Shown: positions 1 through 11,354, counted from the whole stretch's first letter. The stretch is 63,776 bases of DNA, filler included, from Myxococcota bacterium (GCA_049322255.1; 5 parts of 5 records of this genome joined end to end with filler, not necessarily neighbours in it); one strand, 5' to 3'. Made by a program: numbers and translations. The notes: generated from the sequence alone by a model not told the origin.

Positions 1-371
1 TGGTTGAGCAGCGTGTGCACCCGCCGGAGGTCGACCTCCAAGTAGCCGTGCACCAGAATGTTGCGGAATCCGGCGACATCGCGGAAGCGGCTGCCAAACT
101 CCGGAGGAAGCACTCCGAGCGCGACCAGACCGTCAATCGCCGAGCGATAGTCCTGCGCGTCGCGGCCCAGGGCGGCACACAAGTGTGTGGCGATGTCGAG
201 CGCGTTCTGGGTGCACAGCTGTAATCCATGAAGGACCGCCCAACTCTCGTCGAGATTGGTCACGAGCATTTCTGCTGGGCGGCCCGTGTGGCGGCGCAAG
301 TGGGCGAGCGCGCCGCGGAGTGCTGCCAGGTGACGGCGCACCAGTGCGAGGTCAATACGCCCGGGGCTCAC
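1..371 (-). CDS. HepT-like / DUF86 HEPN ribonuclease toxin (type VII TA), 3' end runs off the window
   Basis: Not in the ORF track. Manual translation from GTG at 371 gives MSPGRIDLALVRRHL...DVAGFRNILVHGYLEVD, containing the RX4HXY HEPN motif. GTGA overlap with the upstream MNT stop. Confidence 0.85.
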   Translation of the reverse strand, partial: MSPGRIDLALVRRHLAALRGALAHLRRHTGRPAEMLVTNLDESWAVLHGLQLCTQNALDIATHLCAALGRDAQDYRSAIDGLVALGVLPPEFGSRFRDVAGFRNILVHGYLEVDLRRVHTLLN

Positions 372-790
372 GAGGAGCGCTCCCCTGGACCAAAGAGCAC
401 GGCGTCTACCCGTGCGCGTCGAGGCGCATCATCGCAGTAACGCGAAAGAGCTTGTCCTTCTCGGGTCGTCGTGGCCCTCAAGTTCTTGGCAACCAGCCTC
501 ACCCCATCGCGCAGGATCCGGTGGTAGAGCAGAGGCGGCGCATGGTTGAGCACCACCACGTCGACCGCATTGGAACCCAGCGCTCCCATCAGCTCGGAGA
601 TGAGATGGGCATCGTAGCCAAAGGGGGCTTCAGGGAGCTTCGTCTCGTCGACGTAGACGGCAATATCCACATCGCTGTGTGCCACCGCGTCCCCACGAGC
701 TTGCGAGCCGAAAAGGTACGCCTCGAGCACCTCGGGGCGGGGCTCGAGCGCTCGTTGTAGCCGTTCACTGAGGTCTTGGGTTCTATCCAT
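368..790 (-). CDS. MNT-family nucleotidyltransferase antitoxin (MntA-like)
   Basis: MDRTQDL...AYLFGSQARGDAVAHSDVDIAV (GSX10DXD) and VDVVVLNHAPPLL; coupled to the HEPN gene. Confidence 0.88.
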   Translation of the reverse strand: MDRTQDLSERLQRALEPRPEVLEAYLFGSQARGDAVAHSDVDIAVYVDETKLPEAPFGYDAHLISELMGALGSNAVDVVVLNHAPPLLYHRILRDGVRLVAKNLRATTTREGQALSRYCDDAPRRARVDAVLFGPGERSS

Positions 791-854
791 CGCTTTCAAA
801 TGTAGCGCCAGCACCCCGTTGCGCGCACGCCGGATATGAAAGAGTGTGCGTTTG

Positions 855-1880
855 ATGGGAAGGCTCGAGGAGACCGAAGGCGAGCTGCGCCGGCAGCCTA
901 AGACATGGCTGGTCACCGGGGCCGCGGGGTTCATCGGGAGCAACCTGGTTCAACGGCTGCTCGAGCTGGGGCAGTCGGTGGTGGGGCTGGACAACTTCGC
1001 CACGGGGCATCGGAGGAATGTTGCGGAGCTGAGGCCCCTCACCCCAACCCTCTCCCAAGGGGAGAGGGGGTTTCGATTCTTCGAAGGGGATGTGAGAGAC
1101 CTCGAGACTTGTCGGAAGGTGTGTACCGGGGTGGACTTCGTGCTGCATCAGGCGGCTCTGGGCTCGGTCCCTCGCTCCATCAAAGACCCGCTCTCCACTC
1201 ATCAGGTCAACGTCGACGGCACGGTGAACATGCTGCTCGCCGCGCGCGACGCGAAGGTGAGGCGCTTCGTCTTCGCCAGCTCGAGCTCGGTCTATGGCGA
1301 CCACCCAGCGCTCCCCAAGGTGGAAGACCAGCTCGGCCGCCCGCTTTCTCCTTATGCCGTTTCCAAGCTCGTCGACGAGGTCTACGCCCGGGTGTTCAAC
1401 GACTCCTACGGGCTTTCCACCATCGGCCTGCGCTACTTCAATGTCTTCGGCCGCCGGCAGGACCCGGAAGGTCCTTACGCGGCGGTCATTCCGCGGTGGA
1501 TTGCGAGCCTTTTGCACGGCGAACGCTGCACGCTCTTTGGCGATGGAGAGACGAGCCGCGACTTCTGCTTCGTGGACAACGTGGTACAGGCCAACCTGCT
1601 CGCGGCGACCGCGCCCGCGGAGGCCTCCAACCAGGTGTTCAATATCGCCTGCGGCGCTCGCACCACGCTCAAGGAGCTCCATCAGCTCATCGCCACGCGT
1701 CTCGAGGTGACGCTGCAGCCCGACTTTCAGCCCTTCCGCCCCGGAGACATCCGCCACTCGTTGGCCGACATCTCCAAGGCCCAGCGCCTGCTTGGCTACC
1801 AGGCGCGCTTCTCGGTGGCCCAAGGGCTCGATGCCACCATGGACTGGTACGTGGCCCAGGCCCGGAGCGGCGGCAGATGA
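855..1880 (+). CDS. NAD-dependent UDP-sugar 4-epimerase (WbpP/TviC-like extended SDR)
   Basis: [11 protein letters not shown]ossmann motif, [18 protein letters not shown] (YxxxK), LRYFNVFG. Confidence 0.92.
   Translation: MGRLEETEGELRRQPKTWLVTGAAGFIGSNLVQRLLELGQSVVGLDNFATGHRRNVAELRPLTPTLSQGERGFRFFEGDVRDLETCRKVCTGVDFVLHQAALGSVPRSIKDPLSTHQVNVDGTVNMLLAARDAKVRRFVFASSSSVYGDHPALPKVEDQLGRPLSPYAVSKLVDEVYARVFNDSYGLSTIGLRYFNVFGRRQDPEGPYAAVIPRWIASLLHGERCTLFGDGETSRDFCFVDNVVQANLLAATAPAEASNQVFNIACGARTTLKELHQLIATRLEVTLQPDFQPFRPGDIRHSLADISKAQRLLGYQARFSVAQGLDATMDWYVAQARSGGR
1035..1070 (+). repeat. Dispersed ~35-bp palindromic repeat, copy A (in-frame in the epimerase, encodes [12 protein letters not shown])
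   Basis: cccctcaccccaaccctctcccaaggggagaggggg; exactly 12 codons. Confidence 0.9.
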
Positions 1881-2995
1881 GCACGACGAGAATTCTCTTC
1901 GTCGTCAACAACCCGGACTTCTTTCTCTCCCACCGGCTACCCATCGCCCTGGCGGCGCGCGACGCTGGCTGTGAAGTGCATGTGGCCACTCCGGCTGTTC
2001 CCAGCAGCGAACGCATTCGCTCGCATGGCTTCACTTTCCACCCTTTCGAGCTGTCGCGGAAAGGCGCCTCACCGCTGGCCGAGCTGCGAAGCTTCGCCCA
2101 GCTCGCCTGGCTCTTTCGCCGGCTCCGTCCGGACTTGGTCCACCTGGTGACCATCAAGCCGGTTCTCTACGGAAGCATCGCCGCGCGGCTCTTGAGCGTT
2201 CCTCGCGTGGTCGCCGCCGTCAGCGGCCTGGGCTACATCTTCATCGCCCAAGGAGCGCGCGCCACCCTCCGTCGCAAGCTGGTGGAGCTGGGGTACCGCT
2301 TCGCCTTTGCGCACCCGAAGCTCTCCGTCATCTTCCAGAATCCCGACGATCGAGACGAGCTCGTCGGCCGTGGGTTGGTCGAAGCGGAAGACTCGGTGCT
2401 CATACGCGGCTCCGGGGTGAACATCGCGCAGTTCGTTCCCACTCCTGAGCCGAAGGGCACCCCGACGGTCGTGCTGGCGTCGCGGCTGCTCTTGGACAAA
2501 GGAGTGCGTGAGTTCGTCGAGGCCGCTCGCTCCTTGCGTTCGCGCGGACTCGAAGCGCGCTTCGTCTTGGTGGGAGCGGTCGACGCCGGCAATCCAGCTT
2601 CACTGAGCGAGGACGACGTCCGCTCCTGGGTCGCCGAAGGGACCGTCGAATGGTGGGGCCACCGCGAGGACATGCCCGAGGTCTTCGCCCAGGCGCACAT
2701 CGTCTGCCTGCCCTCCTACCGGGAGGGACTTCCGAAGGTGCTTCTCGAGGCCGCCGCCTGTGGGCGCGCCATCGTCACCACCGATGTTCCCGGTTGCCGA
2801 GAGGTGGTTCAACACGAGGAGAACGGGCTGTTGGTCCCTGCGCGCGATTCCGTGGCCCTCGCCGATGCCCTCAGAACCCTCGTTGCCGATTCAGAACGAC
2901 GTCGCCTCTTCGGCCAACGCAGCCGGCGGCGCGCCGAGACGGAGTTCTCTCTCGAGCACGTCATTCGCGAGACGCTGAGACTCTACGGGCTTTAG
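1877..2995 (+). CDS. Glycosyltransferase family 4 (CapM-like)
   Basis: ATGA overlap with the epimerase stop; [45 protein letters not shown]. Confidence 0.92.
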   Translation: MSTTRILFVVNNPDFFLSHRLPIALAARDAGCEVHVATPAVPSSERIRSHGFTFHPFELSRKGASPLAELRSFAQLAWLFRRLRPDLVHLVTIKPVLYGSIAARLLSVPRVVAAVSGLGYIFIAQGARATLRRKLVELGYRFAFAHPKLSVIFQNPDDRDELVGRGLVEAEDSVLIRGSGVNIAQFVPTPEPKGTPTVVLASRLLLDKGVREFVEAARSLRSRGLEARFVLVGAVDAGNPASLSEDDVRSWVAEGTVEWWGHREDMPEVFAQAHIVCLPSYREGLPKVLLEAAACGRAIVTTDVPGCREVVQHEENGLLVPARDSVALADALRTLVADSERRRLFGQRSRRRAETEFSLEHVIRETLRLYGL

Positions 2996-2998
2996 CAA

Positions 2999-3766
2999 CT
3001 ACCGGCTGTAGCCGCGAACGCGGTAGACGAGCCTCCCCGCCCGCTCACGTAGGGCATGGGTGCTCTCCTCGAGGTATTCGGCGCGTGGAAGCCACCCGCG
3101 GGCCTCATCCAACCCGCGGTAATCCACCGGCAGCATGTCCACCTCCAATCCGGCCGCCCGGAAACAGCCTCCGGCCCGCGCCATGTGGAAGGCGCTGGTC
3201 ACCAGGAGCACCGACTTCCATCCCCGCGCCTTCGCCACCTTCGCGGCATTCACCGCGTTCTCGTAGGTGTTGCGCGCGTCGCCGTCGACGACGATTCGCT
3301 TCGACTCGATGCCCCACTCCTCGAGCTGCCGCGCGAGGGTGGGCGCTTCCCTGGCTTCGGGCCGTTGCTTGTCGGGATGGCCGCCGGTGACGAAGACCTC
3401 GCGCGCTTTCCCCGTGCGTAACAAGTCGTAGGCCGCGAGCAGCCGATCGACGTTGTTCCCGTAGCTGCGTGGGCCCTCCACCCGCGAGGTGAGGTCGACC
3501 ATGCCTCCCAAAAGAACGACGGCGTCGTAGGTGACGTCCGCGCGAAAGGTAGACGGGGTGTCCTCCAGGCTCCGGTGCAGCGCATTGGAGACGGGGTGGA
3601 GAGAGAAGAGGTAGAGCAACGCCATCGAGGCGACGATGCAGCCTCGCCACCAACGCGAGCGCGCAGGCCTCCAGAGGGAGAGCAGCAGCGCTGCACCGAG
3701 GAGGGCGAGCGACCAGAAGAGGGGAGTGAAAACGAGGTCGAGGATTTTCGAGAGGAAGTAGAACAC
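2999..3766 (-). CDS. YdcF/DUF218 (ElyC/SanA-like) membrane protein
   Basis: N-terminal TM helices, VVLLGG, ARNTYENA, LLVTSAFHMARA; GTG start at 3766 inferred. Confidence 0.88.
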   Translation of the reverse strand: MFYFLSKILDLVFTPLFWSLALLGAALLLSLWRPARSRWWRGCIVASMALLYLFSLHPVSNALHRSLEDTPSTFRADVTYDAVVLLGGMVDLTSRVEGPRSYGNNVDRLLAAYDLLRTGKAREVFVTGGHPDKQRPEAREAPTLARQLEEWGIESKRIVVDGDARNTYENAVNAAKVAKARGWKSVLLVTSAFHMARAGGCFRAAGLEVDMLPVDYRGLDEARGWLPRAEYLEESTHALRERAGRLVYRVRGYSR

Positions 3767-3780
3767 GGGTGAATTGGGGT

Positions 3781-3814
3781 CCCTCACCCTTACCCTCTCC
3801 CACGGGGAGAGGGA
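3781..3814 (+). repeat. Dispersed palindromic repeat, copy B (intergenic, wzc/ydcF)
   Basis: ccctcacccttaccctctcccacggggagaggga. Confidence 0.88.
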
Positions 3815-3817
3815 TTG

Positions 3818-5959
3818 CTACGCGCTCTCTTCCTTCTTCTCGCCGTAGTAGTACCCGTACCGGCGGTACGCGTAGTAGTAGTACTCGTACTTCGAGTCTT
3901 CGAGGTTGATGTCGTTGAGGATGGCTCCGAAGAGCTTGGCGCGCACGTCCTGGAGCTGCTTCACCGCGCGCTTGGCGACCTCGCGCTGGGTGGAGCCTCC
4001 CTTGAGCACCATCACCACCCCGCTCACTCGAGTGGAGAGCACCACTGCGTCGGCGACAGCCCCGATGGGAGGGCTGTCCAAGATGACCCGGTCGTAGGTC
4101 AAAGAGAGCTTCTTCAAGAGCTCGTTGAACGCCTGGGTGTGCAGAAGCTCTGCGGGGTTGGGGGGAATCGGTCCGCAAGGGAGGACGAAGAGGTTGGGAA
4201 CTTCGGTGGCCTTGACCGCACCTTCCGCCGAGCCCTCCCCCACCACCAGCGAGCTCACCCCGATGTCGTTGGGCACTCCGAACGCTTTGTGCAGCCGCGG
4301 CCGGCGCATGTCGGTGTCGATGAGCAGCACCTTGTTCCCCGACTGCGCCATGGTGATGCCCAGGTTGATGACCGTGGTCGACTTGCCTTCCTGAGGCCCG
4401 CTGGAGGTCACCACCAGCGACTTGAACGGGTCGTCGGGCGACATGAAGAGCAGGTTGGTGCGAATGGCGCGGCAGCACTCGGCCACCGAGGACTTGGGCT
4501 GATGGTGAATGTGCAGGTCCCGCTGGGCGATCGGCGCCTTCTCATCGGCGATGGAGGGGATGAAGCCGAGGAAGGGTAGCCCCAGCTGCTCCTCGATTTC
4601 GGTTTGGCTGGTCACCGAGGAGTCCAAAAACTCGAGGAGCAGCGCCAAGCCGAAACCCCCGAGCAGCCCAATCACCAGCGCCAAGAGAATGTTGTTACGC
4701 ACGTTGGGGCGCACCGGGGCGAAGCTGGGCCGCGCCGCGTCGAGCACCCGCACGTTGCTCACCCGCAAGAGCCCGGACAGCTCGATGTCCTTCAAGCGCT
4801 TCAACACCAAGTCATAGAGCCGCTGGTTGTTGTCCGATTCGCGCTTGAGCTGCTCGAACTCGATTTGCTTCTTGTTCACTTCGAAAGCTTCGGCCTTCGC
4901 CGCATCGAAGAGGGCCGAGAGGTTCTTCTCCTTGGTCACCGCTTCTTTGAGGTCGGCCTCCGCCGACACCACGATGTTGTTCAGCTCGCGTACCAGGTCG
5001 GACTCGAAGAGCCTCAGCTTGTCCAGGCAGGCGGCGAGCTTGGGGTGGTCGGGGAGGTAGCGCTCTTTGAGCTCCACGCACTCGGCGTTCTGCTGCACGT
5101 AGCGGGTCTTGTAGGACTGCACGGTGTTGTTCTCCGCCGCCCCGGGAATCGCCTCCGCCCACAGCCCGCCGGAGTCTTTGTTCGCCTTCTGCACCGAGCG
5201 AATCGCCTCCACCCGCGCGCGCAGGCCGGCGATTTTCAGCCGGGTCTCGGTGAGGGCGGCGTTGAGGACATTGAGCCGCTGGCTCACCATGCTCTGGGCG
5301 TCTTCCAGCTTGGTGGTGAGCATGTCGGCGCTCTTCTTGAAGTCATAGAGGGCCAGCTCGCTCTTGTTCGACCTCTCCTCCAGGGACTCCCGCCGCTCTT
5401 CGAGCCACTGGGAGGCGCTCTCGGTAATCTTCAGCCTGAGCGCCTGGTTCTCGGCCATGTACGCCTCGGCGACTTCGTTGGCCAAGAGGGCCGCCCGCTT
5501 GGGGTCTTGGTCTTCGATGACGATGTTGACGATGCGCGAGTCCTTCACCGGCTTGACCGAGATTTTCCCTTGCAAACGCGCGGGGGCGTCCGCTCCCTGA
5601 AAGGAAGGGTCGGCTTGCAACCCCAGCTTCTCCACCACCCGTTGGCTGACCGCCCGGCTGGTGATGACCTTGTGCTGGGTCTCGTAGTACTCGCGGTTGG
5701 CCCAGTAGTTCGAATACGAGCTGTCGGTGACGTCCTGCACTTCTTTGTCGAGGAACTTGGGCGCGGTGACGTCGATGATCACCGAAGTGCTCGCCGAGTA
5801 CACCTTGGGTTGGCGCAAGGTGTAGGCGGTCACCGAGCTCACCACCACCGCGAACACCGCGAGGATGAGCCACTTGCGGCGCAGGAAGACCCGCACGTAG
5901 TACTTGGGGTCGATCGGGTTGTTCCCGACGACGTCCTGGTTCGTCACCGTGGGTTGCAC
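3818..5959 (-). CDS. wzc: Polysaccharide co-polymerase / BY tyrosine autokinase (Wzc/GumC)
   Basis: Two TM segments, periplasmic coiled coil, Walker A GPQEGKST, IDTDMRRP, ILDSPP, C-terminal Tyr cluster YEYYYYAYRRYGYYY. Confidence 0.93.
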   Translation of the reverse strand: MQPTVTNQDVVGNNPIDPKYYVRVFLRRKWLILAVFAVVVSSVTAYTLRQPKVYSASTSVIIDVTAPKFLDKEVQDVTDSSYSNYWANREYYETQHKVITSRAVSQRVVEKLGLQADPSFQGADAPARLQGKISVKPVKDSRIVNIVIEDQDPKRAALLANEVAEAYMAENQALRLKITESASQWLEERRESLEERSNKSELALYDFKKSADMLTTKLEDAQSMVSQRLNVLNAALTETRLKIAGLRARVEAIRSVQKANKDSGGLWAEAIPGAAENNTVQSYKTRYVQQNAECVELKERYLPDHPKLAACLDKLRLFESDLVRELNNIVVSAEADLKEAVTKEKNLSALFDAAKAEAFEVNKKQIEFEQLKRESDNNQRLYDLVLKRLKDIELSGLLRVSNVRVLDAARPSFAPVRPNVRNNILLALVIGLLGGFGLALLLEFLDSSVTSQTEIEEQLGLPFLGFIPSIADEKAPIAQRDLHIHHQPKSSVAECCRAIRTNLLFMSPDDPFKSLVVTSSGPQEGKSTTVINLGITMAQSGNKVLLIDTDMRRPRLHKAFGVPNDIGVSSLVVGEGSAEGAVKATEVPNLFVLPCGPIPPNPAELLHTQAFNELLKKLSLTYDRVILDSPPIGAVADAVVLSTRVSGVVMVLKGGSTQREVAKRAVKQLQDVRAKLFGAILNDINLEDSKYEYYYYAYRRYGYYYGEKKEESA

Positions 5960-6028
5960 GAAGGTGAAGCTCCTAAGGTTCCTTGGGGTACGTACCAGAT
6001 TTCCCTCAACCCATGGTAGCTACACGCC

Positions 6029-7345
6029 GTGCCCACCCTTTCGGTCATCATTCCCTTCGACCAACAGACGCGCGGAGCCGCCGCCGACTTGGCCCAAAAG
6101 CTTCACGGCAAAGCCGAAGTAATTCTGGTGGGCGAAGGCGAGCTCGACCTCCCCCACACCAATGGCACCCGCGTTCTTCAGGGAGTCCTCGGCAAAGGCC
6201 GCGCGCTCAAGGCCGCCATTCCCCTGGTGACCGGGGAGGTCACCGTGCTGCAAGACCCCGACGCTGCCTATTCACCCCAGGTCTACCCTCAGCTTTTGCA
6301 GCCCATCGAAGCCAACGCCGCCGATGTGGTCTTCGCCGTGCGCGCTGGACGTACCCTCTCCGACCGCGCGCTCTCCCGCTTCACCCACTGGGTGACCGAG
6401 GCCTCGCTCTCCGATCCGCTCTCCGGCCAACGAGCCTTTCGCACCGAGGCGCTGCGGAATCTGAAGCTGGCCAGCACCCATGACGAGGTGGACGCTGAAA
6501 TCGTGGTCAAGCTCGCCGCTCAGCTCTACCGCTTCGCCGAGGTGCCGGTGGAGGCCGTCCCGCAGCGCCCGCTCAGGTCGCGCCTCTCCAACCTGCGTAC
6601 CCTCCTGCGCTACGCCTCGGTGCAAAACGACGCCGACAACCAGCACGAGGGCTACAACACCCTTTCGCGCATGGAGAGTGGGGCGCCCAACTACAACGCC
6701 TACCTCGGCCAGCGCTTACGCGCGCACTGCGGCCAGCGGGTGCTCGAGGTGGGCGCGGGCATCGGCACCATCACCGCCCAGCTCGAGGAAGGCCGCGAGC
6801 TGGTGGTGGCGCTGGAGGTGGAATCCTTCTACGTCGAGCGCTTGAAGAACCGCTTCCGCGACCGGCCCCACGTGCGGCCTTACCTGTCCGACGTGGCCTT
6901 GGCCGACTGGGAGGCCCTGCAAAAGGAGCGCTTCGACACCATCGTCCTCTCCAACGTGCTCGAGCACATTCCCGACGACGCCGCCTCGGTGCGCCGCTTC
7001 GCCGACATTCTCGCTCCGCAGGGAAAGCTGCTCGTCTTGGTCCCCGCGCTCCCCGCGCTCTACGGCTCCATGGACGAAGCGGTGGGCCACCACCGCCGCT
7101 ACACCCACGACTCTTTGCGCACGGTGCTGGAGGAGAACGGATTTACCGTCGACCACTTGGAGTGGCTCAACATCGCCGGCATTCCCGGGTGGTTCTTCAA
7201 CGGCCGGGTGCTGCGCCGCCGGGCGGTGCCCGCGCTGCAACTTCGCGTCTACGACCAGCTCGCTCCCCTCTTCGCCCGCGTCGAATCCAACTTTCGCCTT
7301 CCCATCGGCATGAGCCTGTTCGCGGTGGGGGTGAAGCGGCTTTGA
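6029..7345 (+). CDS. Bifunctional GT2-like (degenerate) / class I SAM-dependent methyltransferase
   Basis: LSVIIP, GKGRAL, LQDPDAAY in the N-terminal half; VLEVGAGIG, NVLEHI, VGHHRRY in the C-terminal half. Confidence 0.8.
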   Translation: MPTLSVIIPFDQQTRGAAADLAQKLHGKAEVILVGEGELDLPHTNGTRVLQGVLGKGRALKAAIPLVTGEVTVLQDPDAAYSPQVYPQLLQPIEANAADVVFAVRAGRTLSDRALSRFTHWVTEASLSDPLSGQRAFRTEALRNLKLASTHDEVDAEIVVKLAAQLYRFAEVPVEAVPQRPLRSRLSNLRTLLRYASVQNDADNQHEGYNTLSRMESGAPNYNAYLGQRLRAHCGQRVLEVGAGIGTITAQLEEGRELVVALEVESFYVERLKNRFRDRPHVRPYLSDVALADWEALQKERFDTIVLSNVLEHIPDDAASVRRFADILAPQGKLLVLVPALPALYGSMDEAVGHHRRYTHDSLRTVLEENGFTVDHLEWLNIAGIPGWFFNGRVLRRRAVPALQLRVYDQLAPLFARVESNFRLPIGMSLFAVGVKRL

Positions 7346-8916
7346 GCCGGCCTGGCGTTCTCTTTCTCGTCGCGGGGCTCTATCTCACCGCGTTTCCCTA
7401 CCACCCCGGCTTGCGCTCACCCAACGAGCTTTGCCGGCTGTGGCAAGCCCGCGCCCTGGTAGAGCACCGCACCCTCCAGCTCAACGAGGCCTTGCGCCAA
7501 TGGGGCTACGTGGGCGACCTCTCGGTGAAAGACGGGCGCTACTACCCTTCCAAGGCGCCCTTGCTCTCTTTTTTGGCGGCGCCCATCTACGCGGCCCTGA
7601 AGCTCTTCGGCGACGGAGGGCCGAACGCCGTCCCCGAGGTGCCCCAAGTCTTCTGGTCGCGGCTGTTTCTCACCGTGCTTCCCACCTTGCTCATGCTGGT
7701 GTGGCTGCGCCGCTTCCTGCGTTCGTATGTCAGCGAGCCGGTGGCCGACGCGCTGTGCGCCACCTACGCCTTGGGCTCGCTCGCCTTCGCCTACTCCCTC
7801 TTGTTCATGAGCCATCAGGTGGTGGCAGTGTTGTTGTTCGCCTCCTTCTATTCGCTGTGGAGGTGCCAGCGGAATGAATGGCGCGAGCGGGGCTACCTCC
7901 TGGCCGGAGCCTTCGCCGGAGCCTCCCTCGCCGCCGAATACACCGCTGGCTTGGCGCTGCTCGGCCTGTTGAGCTTCGCCGCCGTCGGCGTGCTGGGAGG
8001 CGAAGGCAGCCGCCGCGAGAGGTGGCTTCGCCTGGGAAGGCGGGCGCTCTTGGCCACGGTGGGAGCGCTCCCTTTCGTCCTCTTCCTCGCCGCCTACCAC
8101 CAGGCCGCCTTCGGGCACCCGCTGCACACCGGCTACAAATACCTCGCCGACCAGGCCTACCAGCCCTGGCACCTGGGCGGCTTCTTGGGCATTCGCTATC
8201 CGGATCCGCGCGCCTTCGCCCTCTCCCTCTTCTCGCCGCTGAGGGGCCTGTTCACCCTTGCTCCTTTCTTGCTCCTTGCCCTCCCCGGGCTTTTTCGGCT
8301 TCGGGAATGGAAGCCGCTCTTCTGGCTGACGGTTTCCTTGCTTTTCGCGTACGCCTACTTCACCTCCTCCTTCAGCTACGAGTCGTGGGGGTGGACGAGC
8401 GGGCCGCGGCACCTGACTCCGCTGGTGCCCTTCCTCTTGCTCCCCGCGGGGCTCTTCCTCGAGCGGCTGCGCCAGCCGACTTCTCTCGAAGAGCGCATCG
8501 GCCTGGGGCTGGTGGCAGGCGCTTGTGCCGGCTCCATCGTGGTGAGCGGAGTCATCGGGCTGGTCAACTACGTGCCCGACGCGGTCTCCAACGCCTTCTT
8601 CGGCCTCGCCCTGCCGCTCTTTCGCCAAGGTTACTTGCCGCCGTCGGTCTTCACCTTGCTGGGGTCACCCAACCCTTGGGCGGGGTTGCCCTTGCTGGTG
8701 GCGCTCCTCGTCGCCGCCGGGTGGGTGGCCTTCTTGCTCGCCAAGGCGGGGCGCGCTCCCACCTGGGTGGCAGGCGCGCTCACCCTTTTGGCCTACTTCG
8801 GCCTGCTCGCAGTGGCCACCCGCCATGACGCCGCCGACACCGGGGCCCAGGCGCACCTCGAGGCGGTGTGGCTGGCCCCCCAAGGCAAGTCGGTCGACTT
8901 CTGGCCTTCGCCCTGA
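7342..8916 (+). CDS. Polytopic membrane protein, putative GT-C fold glycosyltransferase
   Basis: TTGA overlap with the upstream stop; more than 10 hydrophobic segments; GRYYPSKAP, LFSPLRGLF, WGWTSGPRHL. Confidence 0.7.
   Translation: MSRPGVLFLVAGLYLTAFPYHPGLRSPNELCRLWQARALVEHRTLQLNEALRQWGYVGDLSVKDGRYYPSKAPLLSFLAAPIYAALKLFGDGGPNAVPEVPQVFWSRLFLTVLPTLLMLVWLRRFLRSYVSEPVADALCATYALGSLAFAYSLLFMSHQVVAVLLFASFYSLWRCQRNEWRERGYLLAGAFAGASLAAEYTAGLALLGLLSFAAVGVLGGEGSRRERWLRLGRRALLATVGALPFVLFLAAYHQAAFGHPLHTGYKYLADQAYQPWHLGGFLGIRYPDPRAFALSLFSPLRGLFTLAPFLLLALPGLFRLREWKPLFWLTVSLLFAYAYFTSSFSYESWGWTSGPRHLTPLVPFLLLPAGLFLERLRQPTSLEERIGLGLVAGACAGSIVVSGVIGLVNYVPDAVSNAFFGLALPLFRQGYLPPSVFTLLGSPNPWAGLPLLVALLVAAGWVAFLLAKAGRAPTWVAGALTLLAYFGLLAVATRHDAADTGAQAHLEAVWLAPQGKSVDFWPSP
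8893..8916 (+). repeat. 24-bp direct repeat, copy 1 (last 8 codons of the upstream gene, including its stop)
   Basis: gtcgacttctggccttcgccctga, identical to 9784..9807. Confidence 0.92.
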
Positions 8917-9022
8917 AGCGGCGGATGAGCTGTGCCGGTGTGGAGGCAAGCGAGAGGTGTTGGCCGTCATCAGCAACCGAAGAACGGCCGAGGCGCCGAA
9001 TGTAGCCGTCCGCGACCGCGGG

Positions 9023-9409
9023 CTATTCCCAGGTGCCTTCGAGATCGAAGGAGAGCTGGCGGTGATGGCGTATCGCCAACAGGTAGACCGTCGCCTTCCT
9101 GGTTGCGTACAAGATGAGGTACTGGTCGATCAGGTACTCTCGAACCTTCGTAGTGGGTCCCGCCATGGCGGCCAGCCGGCGACTGAGCGCGGTGGCCTCC
9201 ACCGACCTGGGCTTTCGGGACAGGAAGCTGACTCCGAGCTCGGGGAAACGCTCGAGGTTAGGCACGACCTCCTCGAACAGGCGCCTCACGAGCGAAGCGA
9301 ATGCTCCCGTCGCCTGTTCGGCACCGAGAAACGACTCGATCTCGTCGAGGTTCCGGGAAAAATTCTCGGTGACTCGAACGGAGACGCGTGGCGCGACGGA
9401 AGGGCGCAT
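9023..9409 (-). CDS. RelE/ParE-family toxin
   Basis: 128 aa; NLERFPELG...VREYLIDQYLILY...VYLLAIRHHRQL; directly downstream of a Phd-like gene. Confidence 0.8.
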   Translation of the reverse strand: MRPSVAPRVSVRVTENFSRNLDEIESFLGAEQATGAFASLVRRLFEEVVPNLERFPELGVSFLSRKPRSVEATALSRRLAAMAGPTTKVREYLIDQYLILYATRKATVYLLAIRHHRQLSFDLEGTWE

Positions 9410-9709
9410 TCACCGCGCTCGCGGCGGTCGCTTCTTTCGCAGTCGCGCTCGCAGCTCAGCGACGCTGAACGTTCGACCCGCCGAGACATCTTCCAGACCT
9501 CGGATCGCCTGGTCGAGAAGCTGCAAGTGAATGTGCTCTCGCTCGAGCTGGTGGTAGTGGTCGAGCCGCCGTGCGTCGACGAGCGCCACATAGCTATCAC
9601 CGTTGCGGGTAATGATCTTCTCAGTGCCAGATCGAACCGATTCCGCCAGCTCGGTGAAGCGGGCACGCACCTGATTGATCGGCACGATGTCTTCAGACTT
9701 CAGAGGCAT
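9410..9709 (-). CDS. Phd/YefM-family antitoxin
   Basis: IVPINQVRARFTEL...KIITRNGDSYVALV, GLEDVSAGR. Confidence 0.85.
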   Translation of the reverse strand: MPLKSEDIVPINQVRARFTELAESVRSGTEKIITRNGDSYVALVDARRLDHYHQLEREHIHLQLLDQAIRGLEDVSAGRTFSVAELRARLRKKRPPRAR

Positions 9710-9718
9710 AGAAATATC

Positions 9719-9740
9719 TCGTTGATGAATACATTAACGA
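9719..9740. promoter_or_regulatory. Imperfect palindrome, probable TA autoregulatory operator
   Basis: tcgttgatg-aata-cattaacga in an AT-rich stretch just upstream of the antitoxin start. Confidence 0.5.
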
Positions 9741-9783
9741 ATCCGATCTATTCTATGCTCATTCGACGGTCTCCGGTCAATCC

Positions 9784-9807
9784 GTCGACTTCTGGCCTTC
9801 GCCCTGA
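9784..9807 (+). repeat. 24-bp direct repeat, copy 2 (orphan copy of the gene 3' end)
   Basis: Identical to 8893..8916. Confidence 0.92.
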
Positions 9808-9819
9808 TGGTAGCGGCCT

Positions 9820-11316
<1,497 letters not shown>

Positions 11317-11354
11317 GGGCTGGACGGTAGACGAAATTGACCTATGCTGGCGCT

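Noticed and set aside
905..1876. 696-aa ORF suggesting an N-terminally extended glycosyltransferase (similar extensions on ligD, PP2C and mlaF)
   Set aside because: The extensions overlap neighbouring genes; the true starts are downstream (1877, 26264, 50265, 55757).
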